Assembly (NCBI RefSeq): GCF_963921235.1
Contig: NC_086108.1
Location: 63,490,001 to 63,554,000, forward strand
DNA: 64,000 nucleotides
Reading direction: 5' to 3'
Source of the DNA: Mobula hypostoma
Taxonomy: Eukaryota
Part shown: in pieces, positions 26,977 through 40,600 of the stretch
Layout of the letters: every line of letters starts with the position of its first letter
Position numbering within the stretch: position 1 is the first letter of the stretch
Notes under the pieces: generated by a model
The model's input: the letters and a program-made list of their open reading frames with translations, nothing else
Database searches by the model: none
Told to the model about the DNA's origin: nothing
Position numbers and translations under genes: made by a program

Positions 26977-27827
26977 TAAGCAAAGGGAAAGTTATCACCT
27001 TCTAGTTGTCCTTAAATATTTTGATTTCCTATTGTCCTTTAAAACAAACATACAAGGCTTTCTTTCACAACAAAGCTCCCAGTGTGAATCTTTGTTCAAA
27101 GGTGCTAAAGATTGAGGTTGTGGAAAGGGGAGCAGTAAGTTTAAAAGTACTGATACATCAGATTTTGGAAGCAAAAATCCTCAAAGCATTCTGAGAATTT
27201 TAAGGTAGCTTATTTTTCTAATATTAATCGCACAATGCCCCTAACTTCCTGAAAACCTATTTTTGAGTTAGTTGTAAAATATTCACATTCCCTTGCATCA
27301 AAATGCAGAGAATTTCTGTTTGTTAATAAATCTATTTACAACTAACAAATATTTTGGTTTAATTCCACTACTCTTCAGATTTACTATGTTTTCTGTTAAA
27401 ACAAGCTTAGAATGAGTAATAGTTAATCCACCTATTTACTCCAAGACACCAATTCTAGAACCATATTGACCCAGCAAACTTCCTATTACCAGAGCAGGCA
27501 TCGGTTAAGCTAGTGGCAAACTGATCCAAACACCTTATTAGTCTGCAAGCAGGCACTGGATTCCACTCAAATCAAAAGAATGAGTGGAGCTGTGACTTTG
27601 CACCCTTGTTGATCATTGAGAGAACAGACACACAGGGTGGGTTTGCCATCTTTGCTCAAACAACCAACAGTTTATTATAGCCAGCTGTAATCACCCACTC
27701 TCATTAACTCCTGGTACAACAGGCTCAGTGGGTGAGGTTGCGCCATGTAACCAGGAAAGCTAAAGCTGAAACTCATTACATATCACTTAAATCTGTTGTC
27801 ACTTTAATATATTTCTTGCTGTTTAAG

Positions 27828-27963
27828 GCTGCTCCTAACTCTAGTTTTGATGACCAAAATCTGCTGTATACATCATTGGATCTTTTCTTTGCTGGATCTG
27901 AGACGACAGCTACCACATTACTTTGGGCACTGCTGTACATGGCAGGGTATCCAGACATTCAAG
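27828..27963 (+). CDS. CYP2-family P450, exon 6 (I helix)
   Basis: tttaag acceptor, 136 bp, DLFFAGSETTATTLLWALLYM..YPDIQ, gtgagt donor. Confidence 0.93.
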
Positions 27964-28974
27964 GTGAGTAACTCAGGAGAAATTTAGGAAGTTCTCGATT
28001 TCTGCCTATGATTTCTGAATTTCTGTGATTATACTTAATGAAGCTATGGTCTTCCCAGTGCAACCTCGTCTACATTGGTGAAACCCGACGTGGATTTGGG
28101 GGGACCACTTGACCGAGCACCTTCACTCCACCGGCAACAGGGAAGATTTCCCATTGTCCATCCATTTTAATTCCACTCCTCATTCCCATTCCAACACACT
28201 AGTCCAGGGCCTCCTTTCCTGCCATGATGAGGCCACTCTGAGGTTGGAGTAGTAACACCATTTGGATAGCCACCAACCCTTCGGTATAAACATTGATTTC
28301 TCCCCCCTCCTCCTCTTCCATTCCCAATCCTAGCTCCCCTCTTACTCCTCTTCTTCTCACCTGCCCATCACCTCCCCCTGGTGCCCGTCCTCCTTCCACT
28401 TCTCCCATGGAATCTGTTCTCGTATCAGATTCCTCCTTCTTCAACCCTTCAGCCATTCTGTCTCTCACGTCCAGGCTTCTCATTTGATCTGTCCTCCCTC
28501 TCCACCTACCTTCCCCTCAGCTGGATTTACCTATCATCTGCCCCACCAAAATTATACCTGCATACCCTTGTCCCACCAACATTATATCTGCAGACCTCTG
28601 CCTACTGAAATCATATTTGTATACCTCATCTCTGTTTTATCTCTTCCCCCCAACCCAGTTTAATCTCTTCCTACCTACATCTGTGACACTTCACACACTC
28701 TGGATCTTTTCAACGGCTTCAAGTTCCCTGGCTCTGATCATCTTATTTTCACAATGGATGTCTCGATCCTATACAACCCCACCCCTCATCAAGAGGGCCT
28801 CAAAGCTCTCTAACAACAGACCTAACTTATTGCCTCCTCCATCTGGCAAAAACGGTCCTCTCTCAATAATTTCTCCTTTGGCTCCTCCCACTTCCTTCAA
28901 ACCAAAGGTATAGCCATGAGCGTTCGTATGGGTCCCAGCTATGACCGCCTGTTTGTCCGCTACACGGAACAGTA

Positions 28975-29494
28975 CGAGGGGTGATTGATAAGTTCGTGGC
29001 CTGAGGTAGAAGGAGTCAATTTTAGAAAACCTAGCACATTTATTTCCTACATAGTCCCCTCCTACATTTACACACTTAGTCCAGCAGTTGTGGAGCATAC
29101 GGATCCCTTTGAAGAAGTTGGCGTCTTGGACGTCCAGAAAGTGGTCCACAGTAGGGGTGATTGATAAGTTTATGGCCAATGGTAGAAGGAGATGAGTTAT
29201 ACAGCTCTCCTTATGTGCACGTGCAGTTCAACTCTCTGAGTGATAATGCAGAAAGTTTGAAGTTAATAACTCATCCCCTTCTATCTTAGGCCACAAACTT
29301 ATCAATCACCCCTGCTGTGGACCAGTATCTGGAGGTCCAAGATGCCGACTTCGACAAAGAAGGGATCCGTATGCTCCAGGACCACTGGACTAAGTGTGTA
29401 AATGTAGGAGGGGATTCTGTTGAAAAATAAATATGCCAGGTTTTCTAAAATTGACTCCTTCTACCCTGGGCCACGAACTTATCAATCACCCCTG
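28975..29494. mobile_element. Mariner-derived fold-back MITE
   Basis: TIR GAGGGGTGATTGATAAGTTCGTGGCC at both ends, TA flanks, long inverted arms each encoding a mariner C-terminus (GIRML..WTKCVNVGGD.V.K). Confidence 0.88.
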
Positions 29495-30788
29495 TATGTT
29501 CCAAACCTACACCAATATCACTGCCCAACTTTTCCTATGCTAGATCAATGACTGCATTGGGGCTGCTTCCTGCACCATGCTGAGCTTGTCAACTTCATCA
29601 ACTTTGCCTCCAACTTCCACCCTGCCTTCAAATTTACCTGGTTCATTTCTGACATTTTTCTTCCCCTTCTCGATCTCTCTGTCTCTATCTCAGGAAACAG
29701 TTTCTGTACTGATGTCTTTTATAAATCCACTGATTCTCAAATCTTACTGAACTACTTTATACTTTATTGTCGCCAAACAGTTGATACTAGAACATACAAT
29801 TATCACAGCGATATTTGATTCTGCGCTTCCTGCTCCCTGGATTACAAATCGATAGTAAATATTAAAAATTTAAATTATAAATCATAATTAGAAAATAGAA
29901 GAATGGAAAGTAAGGTAGTGCAAAAAAAACCGAGAGGCAGGTTCGGATATTTGGAGGGTACGGCCCAGATCCGGGTCATGATCCATTCAGTAGTCTTATC
30001 ACAGTTGGAAAGAAGCTGTTCCCAAATCTGGCCATACTGTACCTCTTCCCACCATGTCACTTGTAAAAATGCCATCCACTTCTCTCAGTCCAATTACCAC
30101 TGCATCTGCTCTTAGCTCACGATAAGGTTTTTCATTCCAGGACTAATTAAATGTCCTCCTTCTTCAAAGAAAAGGGCTTTCTTTCCTTCACCATCAATGC
30201 TGCTCTCACCCACGTCTCTTCTATTTTGCGCATATCTGCCACACCACCAGGGATAGAGTCCTCACCTACCACCCCACTAGCTTCTCTGCCCAGCACATAA
30301 TTCTCCGTAACCTCTGCAAGCTCCAATAGGATTCCACCACCAAGCACGTCTTTGCTCTCCCCCAACTTTCTACTTTCCACAGGGATTGTTCCATACGTGA
30401 CTCCCTTGTCCATTTGTCCCTCCACACTGATCTCCTTCATAGTACTTATCTTTGCAAGTGGACAAGTGCCACACCTGCCCCTACACTTCCTTCCTCACTA
30501 CCATTGAGGGTCCCAAGCAGTCCTTCCAGGTGAAGTGACATTTCACCTGTGAGTCTGTTGTGGTCATCTGCTGTATCCGGTGTTCCCAGTGTGGCCGCCT
30601 CTACATCGGTGGGATCCAACATAGATTGGGAGACCGCTTCGCCCAGCACCTGTGCTTCATCTGCCTGAAAAAGCAGGATCTCTCAGTGGCAACCCATTTC
30701 AGTTCACCTTCCCATTCCCATTCTGACATGTCAGTCCATGGCCTTCTCTTCTGCCACGATGAGCCCACACTCAGATTGGAGGAGCAAC

Positions 30789-31036
30789 TCCTTTTAGCCA
30801 GATGGTGATGAACCTGTGGAATTTTTTTCCCATGGGCAGCTGTGGAAGCCAATTCTTTATGTATATTTAAGGCAGAGGTTGATAGATCCTTGATTAGTCA
30901 GGGCATGAAGAGATATGGGGAGGAGGCAGGAGATTTGGCTGAGAGGAAAATTATATCAACCATGATGAAATGGCAGAGCAGACTCGATGGGCCAAATAGC
31001 CTCATTCTGCTCCTATATCTTATCGTCTTATGGTCT
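30789..31036 (+). mobile_element. CR1 3' fragment inserted in the PLE endonuclease region
   Basis: PLE sequence ...LEEQ breaks here and resumes at 31037 with GTCTGGGTAGCCTCCAACC. Confidence 0.75.
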
Positions 31037-32484
31037 TATAGTCTGTCTGGGTAGCCTCCAACCTGATGGTGTGAATTTGCAGGAATTGCACCCACCCTCT
31101 CCTTCACCATTCCCCACTCCTGTTTCTCTCTCTCACCTTTTCTACTTACCTGGCAGTCACCTCCCTCTGGTGCTCCTCCCCTTTCCCTTTCTTCCGTGGT
31201 CTTCTGTCCTCTCCTATCCAATTACCCCTTCTCTAGCGCTTTATCTCTTACACCAATCAACTTCGCAGCTCTTTACTTTGCCCACTCCCCACTGCCAGTT
31301 TCACCTATAACCTACCACCTTGTGCTTCTACCTCCCCCACTTGCTCTGACTTCTCATCTCTTTTTTCCAGTCCTGACGAAGGGTCTCGGCCCAATCATCA
31401 ACTGTTCACCCTTTTCCGTTGATACTGCCTGGCCTATGTGTGTTGCTTGGATTTCCAGCATCAGCAGATTTTCTTGTGTTTTTGGTTTCCGTATCACCTT
31501 CGAGCTTGTACTCCTTCTCCTCACCCCACCGCTTTCCTTTCCAGTTCTGTTGAAGTGCCTCAGCCCCAAAACAGCAGCTCTTTATTCCCCCCCCATAAAT
31601 GCTGCCTGACCTGCTGAGTTCCTTGAGTATTTTGTGTGTGTTACTGTGATCTTGCCTGATTTTAAATTGGTGAACAGTGATGATTTGTACCAAGATACCA
31701 TATGTACTAACATATTGGTGCTGTGAGATATTGATACTTAGAATGATCTAAGAAACATAATTTGGAAAATTAACACTAAAGAAAAATGTTATGAAGAATG
31801 ACCCAATGTTTCAATACTTTTGAGAATAATGAGTGGCCAGATCAATTTGATAGCTATTGTAGTTTCCATTTTGATAATCCTAGCCATCTCATTTACACCA
31901 TGGATATCCAAACTTTCCATATATCCACATGTCCACCTCCTACCAGAACAGACTGCTGACCCTTCACTTCCTGAACGGAGGCAAAACCGGTCCTTATCCT
32001 CCATCATTGCCATTCTCCTGTACCTCATCTTTGTTACACATTGAACAACTCCTCACTATCTCCAAATAAAGGCTGTTGCAATGCAAATCTGAGTAGTTCA
32101 TGAATATAGTTACCTTTTTTGTGGAATACAAGTTTGTTTTTGCTAGCATCTTCCAACCCGTCAGTTTTAACATTCAATGAATCCATTATCTCCTTCATAA
32201 TGCTTCCACTATCCTTTTTATCTTTCCTTTCAAAATTATAATTGTCTCTCTCCCTTCAGGATACCCCAATTCACTTCTCAATCCTTCCTGCTCACAATGC
32301 ATTCACTTCCCACAGCACCTTAATATCCTATTCATTTTATCTCCTTGTTTCCAGCCATTCAGATCTTTTACAAGTGGAATTTTCATTTTCTTGCACTGCA
32401 CTTGCCAGTGTTTTTGTATATATTTTCAATTTAAATGGCTGTGGAGCCTCATTCATTGGGTATATTTAAAGCAGAGGTTGATAG

Positions 32485-33548
32485 AAACCATAAGACTATA
32501 AAATATAGGAGCAGAATTAGGCCATTTGGCCCATCGAGTCTGTTCCGTCATTTCATCATGGCTGATCCAATTTTCCTCTCAGCCTCAATCTCCTGCCTTC
32601 TCTCCATATCTCTTCATGCCCTGACCAGTCAGGAATCTATTAACCTCTGCCTTAAATATATGTAAAGAGTTGACCACAAGTGCTACAGATTCACCACTTT
32701 CTGGCTGAAAGAATTCCTCCTCATCTCCATTCTAAAAGGACGCCCCTCTATCCTGAGCCTATGTCCTCTGGTCCTAGACTCTCCCACCATAGGAAACATA
32801 CTCTCTACATCCATTCTGCACCATTCGAAGGGTTTCAGTGAGGTCACCCCCTCAATCTTCCGAATTCCAATGAATACAGCCCCAGAGCCATCAAACATTC
32901 TTCATATGACAAGCTATTCAATCCTGGAATCATTTTCGTGGAGCTCCTTTGAACCCTCTCCAATTTCAACACATCCTTTCTAAGATAAGGGGCCCAAAAC
33001 TGCTCACAAAATTCCAAGTGAGGTCTCATCAGTGGTTTTATATTCTAGACTCTTGAAATGAATGCTAACATCCCATTTGCCTTCCTCACCACAGTCTCAA
33101 CCTGCAAATTAACCTTTAGGTAATCCTGCACAAGGACTCCCAAATTCCTTTCCACCTCAGTTTTTTGTATTTTCTCTCCATTCAGAAAGTAGTCAACCCT
33201 CTCATTTCTTCTACCAAAGTTCATGACCATACACTTCCCGACACTGTATTCCATCTGCCATTTTTATTGCCCATTCTCCTAATCTGTCTAAGTCCTTCTG
33301 TACCTCTCTACTTCACAAAACAACCTACCCTTTCTCTTATCTTCATATCACCTGCAAACTTTGCAACAAAGCCATCAATTCCACCATCTAAATCATTGAC
33401 ATTTACCATAAAAAGAATCGGTCCCAACACAGAACCCTGTGGACCACCACCAGTCACCGTCAGACAACCAGATAAGGCTTCCTTTATTCCCACTCTTTGC
33501 CACCTGTCAATCAGCCCCTGCCTTATCCATGCTAGAATATTTCCTGTT
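32485..33548 (-). mobile_element. CR1 LINE fragment nested in an older + strand CR1
   Basis: PQGSVLGP..FAGD, RPHLEFC; host ...GAGGTTGATAG resumes at about 33549. Confidence 0.8.
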
Positions 33549-34094
33549 ATAAAGTTCTTGATAAGTAAGGATGTTGAAAGTTGCAGAAGGAAGGCAGGAG
33601 AATAGGGTTGAAAGGGAATAATAGATCAGCCATGATGAAATGGTGGAGTAGACTTGAATGGTCTAATTGTGCTCCTGTGTCTTATATTCTTTTGCCCTAA
33701 AACACATTACCATTAACAAGGTGCTTATGTAGAACTTAACACAATAGCCATTTATGTAGCTGTTGTTAAGGTTTCACAAATCCTCGCCCATGGAAAACTA
33801 AGTAATGACCTAGAAATTCTGCTCTGTGGGATAAGGATCCATGACTGTGTACTCTGTGGCGAGCTCTGCATGCTTTATCTAAATGTTTTCTGTTGTAAAA
33901 TTGTCCTGTGCACAAGGCATTGTATGCAACTTAACTAGTCTTACAAGCTTAATGTAAGAATATTTGTCTGCTCACTTTCTTTTCAAAATGAGTGAAGCAG
34001 GTAGGTATTGGGACAAAGGAGGGAAGAATAGGGAAATGTTCCAGGGAGGAATAGTAAAGTAAAGTTTGTGATGTCAGACGAGCTAAGCCTACTT

Positions 34095-34385
34095 TTTTAA
34101 GATTAGCTTCATTTTATATATATATAAACATCAAAACATTCCCTGAATGTTTTGTTGATGTGTCATTTACACCAACAAACATTGCAGTACAAGAACGTGG
34201 TAGGGGAAGCCTGCAAGTTTTGCCATTTCCTGGCAGCTACATATCATGTCCACAACCTACTAACCCTAATCTTTGGAATGTGGGAGGAAACTGGAGCACC
34301 TGGAAGAAACCCACATGGTCATGGGAAAAACATACAAGCAGCAGGAATTGAACCTGGATTGCTGGTTCACCACGCTACGGTGGTG
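34095..34385 (-). mobile_element. HE1/V-SINE-like fragment
   Basis: TTGGAATGTGGGAGGAAACTGGAGCACCTGGAAGAAACCCAC core; similar copy at about 59370-59680. Confidence 0.6.
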
Positions 34386-35818
34386 TCCAAAGAGAGTTGG
34401 TTGTCTTAGATCAGAATGGGCAAGTGTGTGAAGACAGGTGGAGGGGGAGGATTGGAGGAAACGAGAAGAGATGAGATGGTAAAGTTTATGAGATTGTGAT
34501 TTGTTGGATGTAGGAGTTGGAAGCTTGGAGGTAGTTTTTACCTTAAAGGTACCTCCATACAGATGGTTCCCATGGTTTGGTTCCCTGGGCAGGTTTGCTC
34601 AACTAGGTCCCTCCTGAGCATTGCCGAAGTAGGCTTCATCTTGGCAATCATTCATGAGTTCTAAACTAAATTTATCAAGTGATAAGCTTTCCTATGAAAT
34701 TCTACCACATAGAATACAAATATCTTATCCTACACAATTGTGCCTTCAGAATTCAACATACCGTATGAGGTCATTTAAACTGTAAGATTCCTGCATGAAA
34801 GGTTTGGTGTTGTAGCAGGGCCACATGGCAAGGTAACAGGGCCACTCAGCCCACCACCCCTATGCCAAGTAGATGGGTGTCTCATATGAGAATGGGCATC
34901 TTGCTGTCATGCTCACACTCTGCAACTGGAAATGATTACCATAGTTGTCTTTAATTACAGATCAATATTTCCTTTCACATAATGAGAATCCAAGATAAGA
35001 ATCACAACATGCTGGAGATTTTCAGCAAGTCAGATAACATTTGTGGAAAGGGGAAGTTAATATTTCAGGTTCCCAAGAGCCGAAACGTTGTGTCCCACTC
35101 TCACAGCTGGAATATTGTACACTTGTTTGCAGTTCTAGTCACCACACCATAGGACGGAATAGAATTGGAAGGAATGCAGAAGAAATTCACTAAGAAGTTG
35201 CCTTGGAGCAGAGAAATCTGAGGTGGACGAAAGAGAAACACAAAATCATGAGAAGCAGAGATATGGTAGATAGTAAGACATTTTTCCCCATGGCAGAGGT
35301 GTTTGAGACCATAGGACAAAGGTTTAAGATGAGGTGTAGGATGTTCAGAGGAAATCTGAGGAAAATTTTCATCAATAGGATCATTACAATTTGCAACACT
35401 GGCTGAGAAGGTGACAAAGGCAAATACATTCACAATATCAAAGAAGCATTTGAACAATTACTTCAATCACTGAAGCTGGTAGGCCATGGACAAGCACTGA
35501 TAAAAGGGATTAATATTGATAGGACCTGATGATCAATATGACCTTGCTGGGCCAAGGCCTTCTTCTTTGCTGTATGGCTCTGAGCACATGACCATCAGAT
35601 CTCCCTTTTGTAATGTTAACCCTTCTTTCCACTGAGACTGCCGAATGGACTGAGCGTTGCCTGTCTGTTAAGATACTCTTATATGTTGTATTTTTCCCAT
35701 ATCTACTGGAGCATTGCTTGGGGCACAGTGGCATGTTAAAAGCTTAATTCTTATTGTTTAAAAAGTAGCATTGTGATGGTCATCTGGATCCTTCTGTACC
35801 CTTTCTCTTTCTTTGCAG

Positions 35819-36003
35819 AGAAAGTCCATGATGAGATTGTGAGTGTAATTGGCCAGCAAGATCCTGTGATGGATGATCGAGTCAATCTTCCTTACACCAA
35901 TGCAGTTGTTCATGAAATACAGCGAAAGGGCTTCATAGTCCCATTTACTCTTAACAGGGAAACTACTCGAGATACAACAGTGGGAAAATACTTCATACCA
36001 AAG
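35819..36003 (+). CDS. CYP2-family P450, exon 7 (K helix ExxR)
   Basis: Polypyrimidine tract plus ttgcag, 185 bp, KVHDEI...LPYTNAVVHEIQR...YFIPK, gtaatt donor. Confidence 0.95.
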
Positions 36004-37334
36004 GTAATTGAAACACAGGTTTTCAACATGAAATTGTATTGAACGAACACAGAATATAATATAAATAAGATGAAAGAATCAAGAAAGATGATTATAAGAG
36101 CTGGATGCTGTGAGTATTCACAGTTTGAGAGATTTGCTAAAGCTAGGGTGTGTTTTGATATGAATAATTCATTTCTTGAAGCCCTATTGAGGCATTTCCT
36201 TCCTTTTTACTATTCTGACAAATACTTGTGTTGTGGATTAAATCTACAAATCTATCAAGATATCACGAGAGCCTCGCAGGTAAGGAATACATTCATAATC
36301 AGTCCATCTTAATTTATATGTTTAAACAAATCTCCACTGTTTCCATTGCTCCTGTCAAAATATTTCTTTAATAATTCTCTTTTATATTTGGCTCCATGCA
36401 AACTTTTTGTTATTCACTATGATTAAAAACTGCTTTATGTCTTAGAACTGGCTTTTGTTGACTTGAATCTCTCTCCTTGTTCCATCCTCAAAGTCCACTC
36501 TTTATCCTTAGTTTTCCTCGGAACATGATGTGAAAAATGGATTGACACCACATATCCTTTCAGGAGTAAAACATATGTGCACACAAACAAACTAGGATGT
36601 GATGAAGACCATAAGGACAATTTGTTTGTTATTGCCTTGCATCTTAGAAAAATTGGTTGAGAACAGCCAGGGCTTGCATTTTCAAGCTACAATGACCTCA
36701 TCCAGCTCTGCAGCAGAAGAAGCATACTGATGGGTTTCACATTAACACCTTAATTTACAACTTGGGGGAAGCGAAATACTGCTTCTTCCTACTCCCTACA
36801 TAAACCACTAATTTGCACCATCCACCCCTATACTGACAGCCATAGAAGCATCCTCTCTTGCTCAGCAGCGAGGTTGATTCCAACTTTATAAAACATTGGT
36901 TGTACCTTAGCTGGAGCATTACACACAGTTCTGGTCGCCACACTATATGAAAGATGTGACATTGCTGGAGAGGGTACAGAGGAAATTCACCAGGATGTTC
37001 CCCAGGATGGGATGTTTCAGTAATGAGGAGAGATTGGAGAGTCTGTGTCTGTTCTTTCTGGAACAAAGGAGGTTCAGAAGTGACACGATTGAGATATATA
37101 AAACTATGAAGGGTGTAGATAGGGTAGTCTGCAGGAAACTATTCTCCATATCAGTGATAGACACCCTTAAGTTCATAAATTTAGGAAGTGATCACTGATT
37201 TAGAGGAGATCTGAGAGGGACTTTTTCACATAGTGAATGAGTAGTATCCCTTCACTCAATAAATGATGAAAACATTGCCTGAGAGAGTGCAGGAAGTAGA
37301 GCAATTTAAGTGCTCACCCAGACACTTCTAAAAT

Positions 37335-38320
37335 GTCAAGTCAAGTCAAGTCAGGTCGCTTTTATTGTCATTTCAACCATAACTGCTGGTACAGTACACA
37401 GTAAAAACGAAACAATAATTCTCCAGGACCATGGTGCTACATGAAACAACACAAAACTACACTAGACTATCTGAAACAACACTAAACTACACTAAACTAT
37501 GTGAAACAACACAAAATCAGGCCTACCCGGGACTACATGAAGTGCAAGACAGTACAATAATTAATAAACAAGACAATAGGCACAGTAAATGACAAATTAC
37601 AATATAATAATAAATGATGTAAACGTAAGCAATGTAAACAATGTTTCAGCAGGAATTGAGAAAGAAATGAGCAAAAATTGCAAAGGGAGTGGAGTGGTGT
37701 TCAGTTGTGTGTGTGTGTGTGTGTGTGTTGGTGTCAAACTAGACTCTGGGAATTAAAGATTCTAATGGCTTGGGGGAAGAAACTGTTACACAGTCTGGTC
37801 ATGAGAGCCCGAATGTTTCATTACCTATTTCCAGATGGCAGGAGGGAGAAGAGTTTGTATGAGGGGTGCGTGGGGTCCTTCACAATATTGTTAGCTCTGC
37901 GGATGCAGCATGTGGTGTAAATGTCTGTAATGGCGGGAAGAGAGACCCCGATGATCCCTTCAGCTGACCTCACTACCACTGCAGGCTCTTGCAATCCGAG
38001 ACGGTGCAATTTCCAAACCAGGCAGTAATGCAGCCGCTCAGGATGCTCTTGATAAATACCTTGTAGAATGTGGTGAGGATGTGGGGTGGAAGATGGACTT
38101 TTTTCAGCCTTCGCAGAAAGTAGAGACGCTGCTGGGCTCTCTTGGCTATAGAGCTGGTGTTGAGGGACCAGGTGAGATTCTCCGCCAGGTGAACATCAAG
38201 AAATTTGGTGCTCTTAATGATCTCTACGGAGGAGCAGTCAATGTCAGCGGAGAGTGGTCGCTCGGTGCTCTCCTGAAGCCAACAACCATCTCTTTTGTTT
38301 AGTTCACATTCAGATACAGT
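37335..38320 (-). mobile_element. Rex1/Babar-like LINE 3' portion
   Basis: KFLDVHLAENLTW..KRAQQRLYFLRRL..ITAWFGN; (CAAGT)n tail; 30-bp tandem repeats at 37441-37516 and (TG)n at 37706-37728. Confidence 0.8.
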
Positions 38321-38411
38321 TAAGTGCTGACAGCATTTAAGAAGCATCTGGATGAGCATTGAATTGTTTGGGCATAGGAGAATATTGGTCATGCTGGAGA
38401 ATGGGATTAAG

Positions 38412-40600
38412 GCATAGAAGAAGAATTAGGCCATTCAGCCCACTGAGTCTGCTCCACCATTTCATAAAGGCTGATCCCTTTCCCTCTCAACCCCTATTTT
38501 CCTGCCTTTTCCCCAGAACCTTTCACCTCTCACTAATCAAGAACCTATCAACCTCAACCTTAAATGCACTCAGTGACCTGGCCTCCATAGCCACCTGTAG
38601 CAACAAATTCCACACATTCTCCACCCTCTGGCAAAAGAAATTTCACTTTATCTCTGTTCTAAATGGATATCCCTCTAAGTTGAGGCTATGCTCTCTGGTC
38701 ATTGATGCGCCCTACCAAAGGAAACATCCACTTCATATCCACTCTATCTAGGCCTTTCAGCATTTGATAGGTTTCAATGAGATCCCCTCCCCCTCATTCT
38801 TCAAAACTGCGGTGAGCACTGGCCCAGAACCTTCATTCACTGCTCATATGATGACCTGTTCATTCCTGGAATCATTCTCGTGAGCCTCCTCTGAACCTTC
38901 TCCAATGTCAGCACATCCTTTCTTAAATAAGGGACCAAAACTGCTCCCAATACTCCATGAGGTTTCACCAGTGCCTTATACAGCCCCAGCATTACATCTT
39001 TGCTTTTATATTCTAGTCTTCTTGAAATGAATATTAATATTGCATTTGCCTTCCTCACCACCAATTCAACCTACAGACTAACGTTTAGAGAATCCTGTGT
39101 GAGTACTGCCCAATCTGTTTGCACCTCACATTTTTGAATTTTCTCCCCGTTTAGAAAATAGTCTAATAGAAAAGTGTTTGCCTGATCAAACACTTCCTAA
39201 CACTGTATCCATCTGCCACCTCTTTGCCCATTCTCTTAATCTGTCTAAATCCTTCTCAGCCACTCTTCTTCCTCAACCCTACGTGCCCTTCCACCAGTCT
39301 TAGATTTGTCTGCAAACCTGACCACAAAGCCATCAATTTCATCATCTAAATCGTTGACATATTGTACAATGTAAAAAGAAGCAGCTCAATACATACCCCT
39401 TGGAATGCCTCTAGTCGCTGGCAGCCAATCTGAAAAGGATCCTTTTATTCCCACTCTTTGTCTCCTGCCAATCAGCCAATGCTGTATCCATGCTAGTATT
39501 TTTCCTGTGCTCTTATCTTGTTAAGCAGCCTTGGTGCGGCACCTTATCAAAGGCCTTTTGAAAATCCAAGTACACAACATCCACTGATTTTCCTTTGTCT
39601 GTCCTGCTTGTTATTTATTCAATGAATTCCAATGGATTTGTCAGACAAGGTTTTCCCTCAAGGAAATCATGCTGACTTTGGCTTACTTTGTCATGTACCT
39701 CCAAGTACCCCAAAACCACATCCTTAATAATCAACTTCAACATCTTCCCAACCACTGAGGTCTGGCTAACTTGCCTATAAAGTCCTTTGCAACACACACA
39801 AAATACTGGAGGAACTCAGCAGGCCAGGCAGCATCAATGGAAAAGAGTAAACAGCCGACGTTTCAAGCTGAGACCCTTCATCAGTACTGATTTTGTGTGT
39901 GTGTTTGGATTTCCAGCATCTGCTGATTTTCTTGTGTCTATAAATTCCTTTCTTCTGCCTTCATCACTTCTTGAAAGAGTGTAATGACATTTGCAATTTT
40001 CCAGTCCTCTGGAACCATGCCAGAATCTATTGATTCTTGAAAGATCGTCACTAATGCCTCCACAATCTCTTCAGCTACCTCTTTTAGAACCCTTGGGTGT
40101 AGTCCATCAGGGTCCAGGTGGCTTCTCTATCTTTATCTTTCACCATCTCCCTAGGGATAGCAACTGCACTCACTTCTGTCCCTTGATACTGTGAAACTTC
40201 CAGCATACTACTAGTGAAGATTGATGCAAAATACAAATTCAGTTCGTCTGCCATTGGCTGCCAATTAGTTCATTGGCTAGCTTACTTTCATAGTTCATCT
40301 TCTCTCCACCTCCCCCACCCCCCCCCCCACCACCAATGATTTCTTTAGTTGTCTACTGGTCATTTTTTAAAAATTCCCAATCCTTTAACTTTCTGCTAAT
40401 TTTTACTCTATTATATGCCCTCTCTTTCGCTTTGACTTCCCTTATCAGCAACAGTTGTGTTATCCTGCCTTTAGAATACTTTCTCTTCTTTGAAGTGCAT
40501 CTATTCTGTGCCTTCTGAATTGCTCCCGGAAACTCTAGCCATTAAAATTCTGCCATCATCCCTGCAAGTACCCCTTCCAGTCAAGTTTGGCCAGCTCCTC
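38412..40600 (-). mobile_element. CR1 LINE, decayed
   Basis: LEKVQRRLTRMIPG, TSVVGKML..CLTN; interrupted at 39789-39937. Confidence 0.8.
39789..39937. mobile_element. Short PLE-derived element with a minus-strand hammerhead (39853-39888)
   Basis: TSD CTATAAAGTCCTTT (39775-39788) / CTATAAATTCCTTT (39938-39951); reverse complement CTGATGA-AGGGTCTCAGCTT-GAAACGTC. Confidence 0.8.

Larger units (their letters stand above)
28045..31650 (+). mobile_element. Decayed PLE cluster with three nested insertions and tandem pLTRs
   Basis: Homologous to 11794-13471: RT pieces 28530-28972 and 29497-29740, GIY-YIG VICCIRCSQCGRLYIG at 30560; degenerate HHRs near 31370 and 31545. Confidence 0.8.

Noticed and set aside
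27480..27770. Possible ancient SINE or conserved element upstream of exon 6
   Set aside because: GC-richer and repeat-like, but I could not assign it without a database search
37441..37516. 30-bp direct repeats as a CRISPR-like array
   Set aside because: Contiguous tandem units without spacers, in a LINE 3' UTR in vertebrate DNA
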